64,000 nt of DNA from Dicyema japonicum (taxonomy: Eukaryota; Animalia; Dicyemida): positions 140,895 to 204,894 of the forward strand of contig RDEW01000018.1 in assembly GCA_011109175.1 (NCBI GenBank), read 5' to 3'. A program made the position numbers and the translations under genes. The notes under the pieces were generated by a model that saw only the letters and a list, made by a program, of their open reading frames with translations, did not search any database and had not been told where the DNA came from. Of the stretch, positions 11,776-22,508 are shown piece after piece (the first letter of the stretch is position 1; the number at the start of each line of letters is the position of its first letter).

Positions 11776-13800
11776 ATGGATAAAAAAGGTGTGATTGATA
11801 AAAACATGGTACTAAAAACAAAGACAAATATACAAGAGCAACAAGGCATAGCAACTCTTCTCGCCCTCCGAGAACTGAAATTGTTATTCCTTCACGGAGG
11901 GATACGAAAACGACCGATACCATATGAATTACTCAGACTACCTGACAGTGCAGATCTCAGTCTACTCGACTATTTGCGCGATAAAAATCGCCAATATACT
12001 GTACCCTCAAGACGAATCAGGATCTATGAAGATGAGTCACAGAGGCTCAAGTACCTTCCGTCTTGAATTCTACAACAAGATGGTCCTTTATAGCGGCCGT
12101 AAACGATGCTTGCCCCTTCGGATCTAACAATCACCGGTTCAGAGAGATAACATAGAGAGCATCGGAAATAGTTATGAAAAGCGTACCGCATTGGGTGGAG
12201 GACAACGACCTTCTGGATTACTTCCAAGAGATGGCCCCATCCACTACAAAGGTCTCGCGAATGTTCAGAAGAGAACAAACGTTGCCGAGGTGTCAGTCGG
12301 ACATAAGGCGGAGGCCACCTCGTGCGGCTTTTTTATTGGAAGGAACATGATCACATGCGAATAGATGCGAAGAAGTCCGATTATTTGTTATAACTACCAA
12401 CAAATCAAACACTTCGCATACCAATGCAAGGAGAAGTGTCTCCGCTGTGCCGAGGAACACGATATCTCCGAATTCAAGATGGATCCTCGATCGAGAATAA
12501 ACTGAATCAACTGCGGGTCTTCCAAACACGGGGCTAGGATGCTCCGTGTTAATAACAGCTAGACAAAAACTGAATACTCGCAACAGTGTACCGAAAGCAA
12601 GACAGATGGAAAAGACCAAATTCAGATGTAACATGGAAACACTACAGAGAATAAATATGCTCCCAGAATCGAAGATATCGGCTGAGAGGGGTAAAAGAAT
12701 AGCTAGCCCCACAAGAAAGTAACCTATCGGGTTGGCAGACCCTAGGTAAAATTTTTGAAAAGGTCTCCCAAGAATTAAGAGATATAATCTCAAGATTGAA
12801 GGAGCTTAGTGCTATCCTTGGAGTGGATTTAAAGAAGATGGTGGACCTGGCAATGAAGAGCCCAGGCCACCTAAAAAGCAATTTAAGAGAGGTCTAAAGA
12901 TAGTGTTAGTGAATGCCCAATAGGGAAAAGGCATCATAATCTACTTTCGACGACCACCAAGGTTGATGTTTTAATGGTCAACGAGACAAAGTAAAAAAAC
13001 TGATACTCATTTAATTGGTAGATTCTATTCATAAATATCCCATGGGAGGACGGTGCTATGGCTGGCACCGGAACCTCCCTTTTCTACCGTGATGACTTGC
13101 ATGTCCTAACATCGTCTCGGCCTCGCAGTGAGAATTCGTTTGCATTGAAGTACGTTGCTGTGGATAGCGGATAAACGTTTGTGGGTCTATATTCATAGGA
13201 TATAAGGAGCTATTCTACAGACATTAACAAATTCTTTGAGAAAAATACAATGGCTATACTGGTGGGTGACCTAAATGCTAAGAACATGAGCTACAAGTAC
13301 TGCAAAACCAATGCAGATGAACGACGACTGAAGATCTTGGCCGAGAATGCTGGCCTTGAAGTCATGACATCGGATGAGCCAAACCATTTCTTTCACCATG
13401 GCGGAGACATGCTTGGAGTGTTCCTTGTATCACTCCAACTACACGTCTATGTGGAGAGACCAAGAACTATGTGGGATATTGGGAGTGACCATATTCACAA
13501 GAACTTGTCTTGAACATGGAACCAAATATCATCGAAGATGTTTTTTATTAAATACGACATATCTCACGTATAATGTGAACACTTTCGACAAAATTTGTCA
13601 AGAACCTTTGTGGATAGATGAAAATTCTTACGACAAGGGATGAAATAGAAACCATGAACTTGATCTAATTCGAGAAAGAAGTACTCCTTTTGGAAATAGT
13701 AGAAAGACTCATCGAATGTTTCCAATACATATTTGTCCCCTCCCCCCGCTAAAAAAGTTAGCAAGTCAGAGTTTGAAATTTCCAGAATATTTTCCAAGTA
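11776..13800 (+). mobile_element. Degenerate Jockey/I-like LINE, ORF1 zinc knuckle plus start of ORF2 APE
   Basis: HFAYQCKEKCLRCAEEH at ~12410-12470. LKIVLVNA at ~12895. AILVGDLNAKN and GSDH in 13250..13513. Confidence 0.65.
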
Positions 13801-13949
13801 AGATTCTTCTTATTACAGTCCCAAGATCTTTCGTGAATTACAATAGGGATAGAGTAGCGAGGACGTCCACAACTGCTCTGAAAGTAAGCTTCGATAGCAT
13901 CGTCTGCAGGAAATGCTTCATTCTCAGTTATTTTTTTATTTCCCATGAG

Positions 13950-14370
13950 TTTGTTTATTTTTGGTAAGTTATCTTCGTTTATACCTTTCTGATTAATGTG
14001 AGGAGGAGTCCTTTACCCTGTTTCCTAGTCGATATCCCGTATTATGTTAAATCCATGAAAAAAATGTAGTGTCATTGTACGATAGCTTTGATTCTTGAAT
14101 GAGTAGTATGTCAATCTTGAATTTTGAAATAAGTGCTCTAAGTTCCATAATACCCCTTTGATCCCGTTCACGTTCAGTTGAATGACATAGATCCGATCCT
14201 TCGATTTGCGTCGGTCAAAAACAGGCGTCTGAGAAGCAGAAGCAGGCCAGAAATTCGTCGACCAGGAGGGAAATGTTCTCCAGGTGGAAGATGATTCTTT
14301 TCGAGATGCATTACGTTCACCCTGAGCGCCTCAAAAACTTTCGCAACTGATGAATCATATGACGCCACAA
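13950..14370 (-). mobile_element. LINE APE N-terminal remnant
   Basis: Reads (with shifts) QLNVNGIKG..ELRALISKFKIDILLIQESKL. Confidence 0.55.
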
Positions 14371-14610
14371 TTAATAAATAAAATCAGATAATATTACCAA
14401 AAGTTTAAATCTTCTAGTTAAAAAAATCATCGTATCTAATTTTCACTACGAGTAGAACTTTATTCTCAAAACTAAATTCTGACATCAAGAATCGGTTATC
14501 CAAATACTAGACCTACCTCGACAGATTATATCAAAATGTCTATCAGCAAATATTAATTTGAATAAATATAAACAAAAAACTCCAAAATAGAAAAATCCGA
14601 ATACAAAAAT

Positions 14611-16593
14611 CTAACAAACCAGGGCTCTAATTTCCTCAAGAAGATGTTTGGTATAACCAACATAGTCAATAGAATCCACACTAATAACAGTAGACTTGAG
14701 TCTACTCTCATAGTTAAACACTTCCATTCTAGAACGCATTCGAAACACATACGAACAAAACATCACTTTCTGTATAACATCCTCCACATCCTGTCCCTCA
14801 CTCCCAGTATTTGAGTCTGCAATATTCTCAACGGAACAGCCAAGAATTTTCTCAGCAGTATTATGGAAACACGTGACCCACTGACTGTCTGTATGGTCAG
14901 CTAAATGTGTTTGGAGCATAAAACGTCTCTTATAATTGGGCCAGTCTCTCTGACACTTCTCACAACGGAATGTACCGTTTCCTTGATCAATCAACTTTTT
15001 GTTGCAGTCATCTGCAGGACAGGCTTGATAAATGCAGCTTTCCTTCCTCAAAAATATCAGGGTAGCTTTAACTGTATAATACTCGGATCCATCCACATTT
15101 TCCCCACTGCATTCCCCAAATGTTTTCCACTTCACTGGACGAGCATTCATTTGACTTTCACCGTTTTTCCCTGCCAAACTCACAAATTCGGATTCAGATC
15201 CCCCACGTAGATACCAAAATCAATCACACAACTACCAGCCAGCCAACTTATAGGCATCTCTCCGTTCAGGATGAAGACTTAAAGTAGAATTGCTTCCAAC
15301 CGACAAGGAACATCCATTAAAATTAGAAATACGTGCTCCTTTAATAGCGACTGTAGGGTGCTGGTCATCCTCTTGTATAGAAAACCTCTCAGCTTGATCA
15401 CCCCAAATCGTCATGGTAATAACATAACCTAAAATTAATAGTAAAACATACCAGAATCATCAACAATCTGAATATCACGTTTCTTCATCTCTTTATTTTG
15501 TTTAGAGGTAAAACTGTTGATTTGTCCAACAGAATGTACAACGCCGAGGATGTCCACCATTTTGTTGATAGGGTATTCTGCCAGTTTGTTAATTTTGACA
15601 AAATTGAAATCAATTTCTGGTATATTTATGTCCTCTCCCTTCTCCTCGCATGGAATAAGCTAAGTTTCCAAAATAAAAGAAAACCTGAGTTTCCCTAGTA
15701 AAAGTCATCTCGTAGTCGTTCGGAAGAGAGGAATACTGCTTATTTGCAACTTTGAGAGTAGCCTTGGTGACATAGTAAATCTGTCCCACGTGGGAGATTG
15801 AGAAAAATCTAAATTCAATGAAACCAATCAAACCGATCACATTCTTCGTTAAAACAGGTGGCTCTAATTTCTGAAGTCTCGTCAGTTAATGTCATAGAAA
15901 ACAATTTTCCCTCACCACGTGAATTTGACCAGGTCTTTATATCGGTTTTTTGCGTTACTCGTGCCCTAATTGTCCACTTATTCTGGTATGGATTTAGACT
16001 GCTTATAGAGTGGACTTTACCAACAAGACTAGCATCTTTTACGTCTAAAATAATAAAATTGAATAACTTTCTACTGACTGAGCAAAACAAGACTTTTTTG
16101 GTTCAAAACTGGGTCTAGAAGATGTTTGCTTATGGAAGGATGATGTCTGATCCAAATTTGTACCAAGTTCAGATGAGGTCCTTTTAATAGGCATTTCTGT
16201 AGGTTTAAAGGGAGTTGGGTCTCCTATTCTTTGCATAACTTTATCGTTCACTGATAAAATATTGACTTCCAAAATTATGAGAATGTGTTTGTCTACACCA
16301 ACAGAAGTAAGCTGAAAGCTCGAGACTTGTATGATTGAATTTTGTATCATTCTTCCGTCAGTAACAAGATTACTCAGCTGTGTGCTAAGCATCACCGATG
16401 AAAAATGGTTAAGCCCATCGGAGATCAAAAGTCTGTAACGTTCTGCAGAATTGACATCATTTGAGAGAATCTTTTTATGTCCCAATACCTTATTAATTTA
16501 GTTATTTTATAATTCTACCTGAAATATGGGGTTTTCCACCTTTTCACCCTGAAAGATTCTTTCGATTGCACCACTTGACAAAGAATACGACAT
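14611..16593 (-). CDS. RPA1: Replication protein A 70 kDa subunit, 7 exons
   Basis: [86 protein letters not shown]...RCEKC zinc ribbon. Six introns of 21-30 nt. Confidence 0.97.
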
Positions 16594-17186
16594 TATAAAA
16601 CTTAAGCGGTCTTTTATGTTTAAATTATTTTTATTAATTGAAATTTATAACTTTAGTATTTTTGCTTTAATTAGAGATTTTATAAGTTTTACTAAGGCTC
16701 CCTAAATCTCAATTATAGAGACTAGAACAGTTAGTCAAATGGTTGATTGTTTGGAAGTCTGAGGTGATGACTTAGCACTATTTCATGAAATGTCTCCTTA
16801 GCTTCATAGTATATAAAAGTCCTTGTATTCTTTCTTACCTATTGGGAGACTTCGGAGATTTGAAGTTCTGAACAAGAGAATTTTGGAAGCACATAAGATC
16901 TGATTACGAATCTCATCCAGCCCAATGGATTAAATATTTTTAAATAATTGACCAGTTAAAACTCAAATTAAATAATAGAAAACAGGTAAAAATAATAATA
17001 GAAAAAATGTAAGGATAAGACATAGTGAGATCTGAGGTGCTGAGATTTGTCTTATTAATAAGTATAATTCATGTAATGACTGACATTCAAATGAGTAAAC
17101 TTGGCCTGACTGTATTAATAAAGTAGGAATTAATAAATTAACCAAAGAGAAGTTAAAATGCTTAAAATTAGGAAACCAATAAGCAA

Positions 17187-17582
17187 TCAAACTCTTCCAA
17201 GCTGAGGATTAATAGTACTCTTAAAGGACCCCGTGGAAGCATTCGGCCCAAGCAATACCTAAAATGTATAAATTGAGCAACCTGTCTCTGTTGTTGTTCC
17301 AATTGGTTTGATACCGTCGATCTTTCATTTTCAAACATTATAGGGAATACAAGGAAAATGGATGAAGAAGCCACTATCCAAACAAAACTGTAAAATTTGT
17401 CAAAAAGAATGGTCGCGAAATTGCAGCCAGAGGTTGTCACTGTAGAGCACGTGGTTCTTAGTGATTCAGGGAACATTTCAGACAGTCCCCAAAGGCGTTC
17501 TGATAATGTTTCATCCATAAACTGCAAAATACAAATATTCCAAAACTTCTTCCTCGATAGCGACACGTTGATTGTATGCCAT
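17187..17582 (-). CDS. TOMM22: Mitochondrial import receptor TOM22, 3 exons
   Basis: DETLSERLWGLSEMFP, TM segment WIVASSSIFLVFPIMFENE, QQQRQVLLGPN. Introns of 25 and 23 nt. Confidence 0.9.
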
Positions 17583-17727
17583 AATTACCACAGCAAGAAT
17601 GCAGTTTTTTTTTAACAAATTTAATTTTTTATTATATTTTTAATAGAATTATAAACGTATTAAACTCAAAGACATTATTTAAATCTAACATTTATTCTTA
17701 AAAGGAATTATTAGGTGACCATTATAC

Positions 17728-18230
17728 GGAATACGAATAAGACATAGTGCAATAGAGGCGTCGTCACCACCTCAACCAATGTTTTATTCGTATTCCTTAC
17801 CGACTTCTCTGTTGACTCTGGGATCTTTTAATTGCAGAGGGCTTAAACAACCTTACAAGAAACACCAACTGGTATGCGATCTAACAAAATACGACTTCTC
17901 TGTCTGCTGTCTACAAGAGACAAAAATGACCTTACAACTTAAAGAACTGTTTAGAAAATTCCACCTTTTTACCCTCTGATCGGCCTGCCGACATTATGGT
18001 CTCGGATTTGCAGTCCATCAGGACCTGATTTACTATGCTACAAGAGTGTGGGCAGCATCTAATATTATAATAGAAATGGTGGACGACCTAGACTACCTAA
18101 GAGAACTAGCCCGCAACAGAGGATCATGGTCGAGGCTGACGGAGAGGATGATTAGGAATACGGTACTAGGGAAACTTAACTAATTTTATGTTTTCTCGGG
18201 AATGCATTTAATAATAATAATAATAAGCCC
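17728..18230 (+). mobile_element. Internally deleted RTE with inverted 5' leader
   Basis: LTLGSFNCRGL...CCLQETK and HYGLGFA joined directly to the RTE 3' end (DDLDYLRELARNRGSW) and a (TAA)n tail at ~18210-18225. Confidence 0.75.
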
Positions 18231-18365
18231 ATTATAATGGTTAGGTGTCGGGCAAAGTGGCTTAGGTCACGGGTTCGATTCTCGCTGCTGTTCACCTGGT
18301 GGAAGGTTCCATGCGATCGCCAGAAAATCAAATAAATCGATCGCCAGAAAATCGCTTTATAAAAA

Positions 18366-18380
18366 GGTTGGCCACCCCTG
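18366..18380. repeat. Isolated hAT-type terminal inverted repeat
   Basis: ggttggccacccctg (reverse complement CAGGGGTGGCCAACC) followed by ccttaacc. No partner end found. Confidence 0.4.
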
Positions 18381-18399
18381 CCTTAACCTATGTGCATCC

Positions 18400-21375
18400 G
18401 ATTTCGCCTAGTGTCATCATTGTTCTGGACTATTGATTTTCCTATGTGGCGACATTGAAACAAACCCTGGTCCACATGGAGACTCTATAATTTTACAACT
18501 AAATACAGATGAAATTATAAGATTCTTGAACTTCGAGCTCTCCTCTCCGAGAATCGAGCTGAGCTTGCTCTTATCCAGGAACCCAAGCTTTCATCTTCCA
18601 CGCCAATACCGTTCTTCCCCGAATGCACAGTGATCCGCAAGGATCATCATAGAGGACCAGGTGGAGGCCTACTCACAATTGTAAAGAACTGTATACCCTT
18701 TATGGATGCAAGTCAACGAACCTCAGAGTTTTTGGGCTCAGACAATACTATGGAACAGATTACAATCAAACTCCAGCTGTTCCAGTTGTTTTGGATTACT
18801 TTGGCCAATTTTTATATTCGTCCACAAGGATCCTCTCCAACATCCTACACCCCCAATCTACCCCGCCTCTCAACACTGAAGAACTTTCTAATATACCGAG
18901 ACCTTAATGCGCGACACACCGTTTGGCTTTTTTTCCAGTTCTCTGACAACCGAGGCGAGTTGATCAAAAATGGTCTTATTGATGTGGTTATCCTGAATGA
19001 CCCTAATTTACACACAAGAACCCTATTAAGGAGCACTGATAACTTCACATCGCCTAATTTAATCTTATGTTCTCCGTTATCATGTTTGCTTTTATGGAAT
19101 GTGCATTATCGTTTTTTCACCTATCACAATCCTTCTTTATTAAAAGGATTTCGAAGACGCCGGACACAACAGACTGAAGTGAAAAGATTCAAAAACTATA
19201 GGAAGGTTGATTGGTCTGGTTTCAGTTTTTTGTTGACAGAATTCAGAACTACATTCGATAGACGAGACCGCGAAAGTTTTCAATGTGGCCATTCAGAAGG
19301 CTGACAGTGTATTTATTTCTCTCTCATCGAAGAACTATCCTGACAAGCAAGTCTCAGACGTTATTATCAGATTAAAGAACTCATTGGCTTGCGGGCCTGA
19401 CAAATTCATCTAAAATACTTACGCCAATTTGCAATTGGTTACATTCAAATATTTAACCTGTCTATTTCAGTCCCATCTCCCTAACCAAAAATTCTTGAAG
19501 AACTGGTATTATCGGCCATTACGCAAGATCTTCCTCGATCTGCATTCCAACACGTCTTGGATGATTCACCAGTATGCATTTAACTACACTATCTCAATTT
19601 ATTGTCGATGGATTTAATTATATACACAGTGGTCTCCGTTGACATAAACAAGGTTATCGACACACTCCCGAGGAAACTTCTTATTGGGAAGATTTTTGAT
19701 TCAAAATTTCATCCAAATCTAAAGCTGTGGTTGGCCAACTTTATCTCTGGACGAACGAAGTGGGAGAGTCGTCTACGATTACCTCAGATTAATGTCACGA
19801 TTACTGCCAAACTGAGTACCCCAAGATTCTCTGATTTCTCCGACACTTTTCAATCTTTTCCTCCACGACCTCCGGATTCCATCAGTTCTGAGAGAAGGAT
19901 AAAACCCGTTTCGCTTATACATTTCCAAGACAAAAGAAAACCGATGCTAAAAAGTTCCCTTCTCTAATCAGATCTAGGGATGAGAGAAAGCTCTTTTTTA
20001 CAATGATGGGAACGACGAGAGACCACAGACGTTAGATGACTCGATCGATTACGAGAACTGGGATTACCTAGCTGTTTTTTTACTTAATTTATTTATTAAC
20101 TTAACTCATCGTATAAATAAATTACTTAAATTGAATTTATTGAACCAGAAAACCACCGTTATTCAGGTAATCACGGCCTCCATCAGCGATCTTGACAACT
20201 TTTCCTGGTGTTCAGAATGTGTTCTGGCATATTTGCAATAAGGGCGGAGTTCACGCACATTAATCTTAATTGTCCTAGTTGCATTAACCATAGTTTCAAG
20301 CTTCTGGGCTGAATTTTCTTGCAAGAATACTTTCTCATTAATTTAACTGAATATTATTTTCATTAATTTAACTGAATTTTCTTGCAAGAATACTTTCTCA
20401 TTAATTAACGAACCTGAAACTTTGGCTTGGAAACTTCCTAAATGGAAGACGAGCACAAGTACTCTGCAACAACATCAAATCAAGATCTCGCTATTTCCCA
20501 AATGGAGTTCCTCAAGGTTCCCCACTATCACCCCAACTCTTCAATCTCTACATAAACGACATGCCACAAACCTGTAATGAAAACTGTCTAATCCTCTCCT
20601 ATGCCGACGATATCATTCTTGCTTCCAAGAACAGAAGCATTCAATCAGCGACTCAGTTGGCTCAACAAATGCTTGACAACTTGGAACTATGGCTCTCGAA
20701 GCGGAGACTTGACACATCAGCAGCAAAGTCCTTTGTCACACTGTTTACCACCTACAAGAGACAGCTCTGTATCGAACCAAAAGTCTTTATGAAGAACGAA
20801 GCTATCTCTATTAACAAAACACCGAAGATTCTGGAAGTAACCTTTGATCAGGGACTCACCTTTTATCCGGCATGTTAAAACAGAGTAACTTCTGCTCTGA
20901 AAAAGATGAGAATTTTAAAAGTGCTCTCAAAAACACTTAGAGATCAAACGTGGGATCCTTGCCACGATTTACAAACAATTTATCCGACCAACGATGACGT
21001 ATGCAAGTCCTTCATGGGCAATGCAAATGTCACGATCTTCCACATTGAAATTATCTGCAATCGAGGAGACTGCAATAAGGTTAATTGGACCAGATCACAA
21101 TATCCAACCTATTGAAAATTTTTTAATTGAACTACAACGGAAATTATTAAAGGAGGCTGTTCTACCAAGCTGCCCTCTATTCCAAATACTATCGAATTAT
21201 CTACAATCATACAGAAATTTTGAGCCGAAGCCATGTCCAATGAGAAGAGCTGTTCAGGATTCTCGACCCCGCCGGACTCGTCCTCACCTTTGTCGGTCTG
21301 GGATCACTTAGTTAGATGAGAACTTTTATTTCTTTCTCTTTGACCCAGTGATCCTGAGGGTAATAATAATAATAA
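18400..21375 (+). mobile_element. Degenerate APE-RT LINE with N-terminal 2A-like peptide
   Basis: LLIFLCGDIETNPGP, APE (GGGLLTIVK, DLNARH, ILNDP), RT (KLWLANF, GVPQGSPLSPTLFNLYIND, YADDI), ...GIT* and (TAA)n tail. Interrupted at ~20000-20420. Confidence 0.85.
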
Positions 21376-21395
21376 CTGAATATTATGGATCTTGG

Positions 21396-21536
21396 TCAGG
21401 TTAGTTGCGGCAAGGTTTGTACTTTGAGCAGCACATGAATATTAATTATGTACTGCTTGTAGTAGGGATCCAATCTATTTAGGTCTTTGGAGTCTCTGAG
21501 ATTTCCCAGAAAAAGCTTCATGAAGTTAATCTTCAT
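21396..21536 (-). pseudogene. Possible 5' fragment of a DUSP15/22-like dual-specificity phosphatase, truncated by TE insertions
   Basis: MKINFMKLFLGNLRDSKDLNRLDPYYKQYIINIH resembles the recalled DUSP22-type start (MNKILPGLYIGNFKDARD...ILSVH). No catalytic HCxxGxxR found. Confidence 0.3.
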
Positions 21537-21564
21537 CTTACAAGCCTTTGCTTTTATTTATTAA

Positions 21565-21907
21565 CCCCGGATACACCGAGAAAGAAGAATTGCAATTTAA
21601 CCGCGTGGCGCTCTGTGGTGCTTCGTGGCTAATTGGTTGAAGTTTCTGTTTGTTCGTCTGTCCCTCCTCTCTCTTTCTATTAGAGTGGCGTCATGTGATC
21701 CGCCTGTTTAGGTGGCGCCCAGTGCCAGGCCGGCACGGAAAAGGATCATTTGCTCTCCCCACTCCACTGGAAGGGTTTCCACAACTGCAAGTATGAACGT
21801 CTTTTACCCTTTATGTTGATTTCGGATGGACTCTGTTTCTGTAGAAGTAGAAACTGGATACACTTAATTAGTTGTTTACTTTAACTTCTTTCTCGGTGTA
21901 TCCGGGG
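21565..21907. mobile_element. piggyBac-type MITE (343 bp)
   Basis: TTAA|ccccggatacaccgagaaagaag ... cttctttctcggtgtatccgggg|TTAA, perfect 23-bp TIRs. Confidence 0.8.
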
Positions 21908-22508
21908 TTAATAAATTATTATTATTAACCCAAGAACACCAATAGTTAATTTAATTACTAAATTAATTAAGTGATCTCGAAGGCCTCAATCAGAATTCTC
22001 ATTTTCTCCTCGTGTGCCTTCTGGGATCCAACACAACTTCTCTGTGAGCGAGGTGGTTTCGGGAATAGGAATTGGAGAGGGGTGATGTATACTCTTCTAA
22101 CAAGACACGTCGTGGCTGTGTATTGTTGAGAGTTGCACTGCTTGCACAGGGTAGCAAATCCCTTTCCATTTTGTCGGATAAGGTCTTCAAGTGATGAAGG
22201 TATTAGTTTTTCTAGTTTCCCGAGATTACTAATAGTAGTGGCTGTTAAGGCCTGAATGTCCCGGATTCTTTGTTTGTTCGTCCAGGACAGATTGATTCCC
22301 CATGACGTACAGGCATAGCTGACAGATGGCTCAATGAATTGTTTGTACAACAATTTCAAAGCTGGGAAAGGGGTTTTAATGCCACCGAAAATAGTTTTGA
22401 ATTATCCCTAGCTTTCTTAAGCAGCTTCCAGAGAAAAAAACATGTGTGTGTCGAAGGTGATCCCCAAGATCAGTTTCTTCGTGAAAAGTATTTTTGTCTG
22501 GTTGATAA

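Noticed and set aside
12293-12793. 166-aa ORF and the many other 60-140-aa ORFs antisense to genes or TEs (e.g. 8277..8654, 26787..27209, 31626..31964, 54911..55246)
   Set aside because: Shadow ORFs on the opposite strand of real coding sequence, or translations of tandem repeats
15215-15235. Stop-codon reassignment as an explanation for the in-frame TAG/TGA in RPA1
   Set aside because: All genes translate and terminate normally under the standard code (TAA and TGA stops), and read-through would insert 7 residues into a conserved motif
16600-17180. Possible small gene or box C/D snoRNA (gtgatga at ~16764, ctga downstream) between RPA1 and TOMM22
   Set aside because: No terminal stem or recognisable guide, and no consistent exon chain or homology could be built
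18240-18290. tRNA/SINE-like B-box (gggttcgattc)
   Set aside because: No cloverleaf and no convincing A-box spacing
21713-21730. tggcgccc resembling an LTR primer-binding site
   Set aside because: No LTR pair or gag/pol nearby, and it lies inside a TTAA-flanked TIR element
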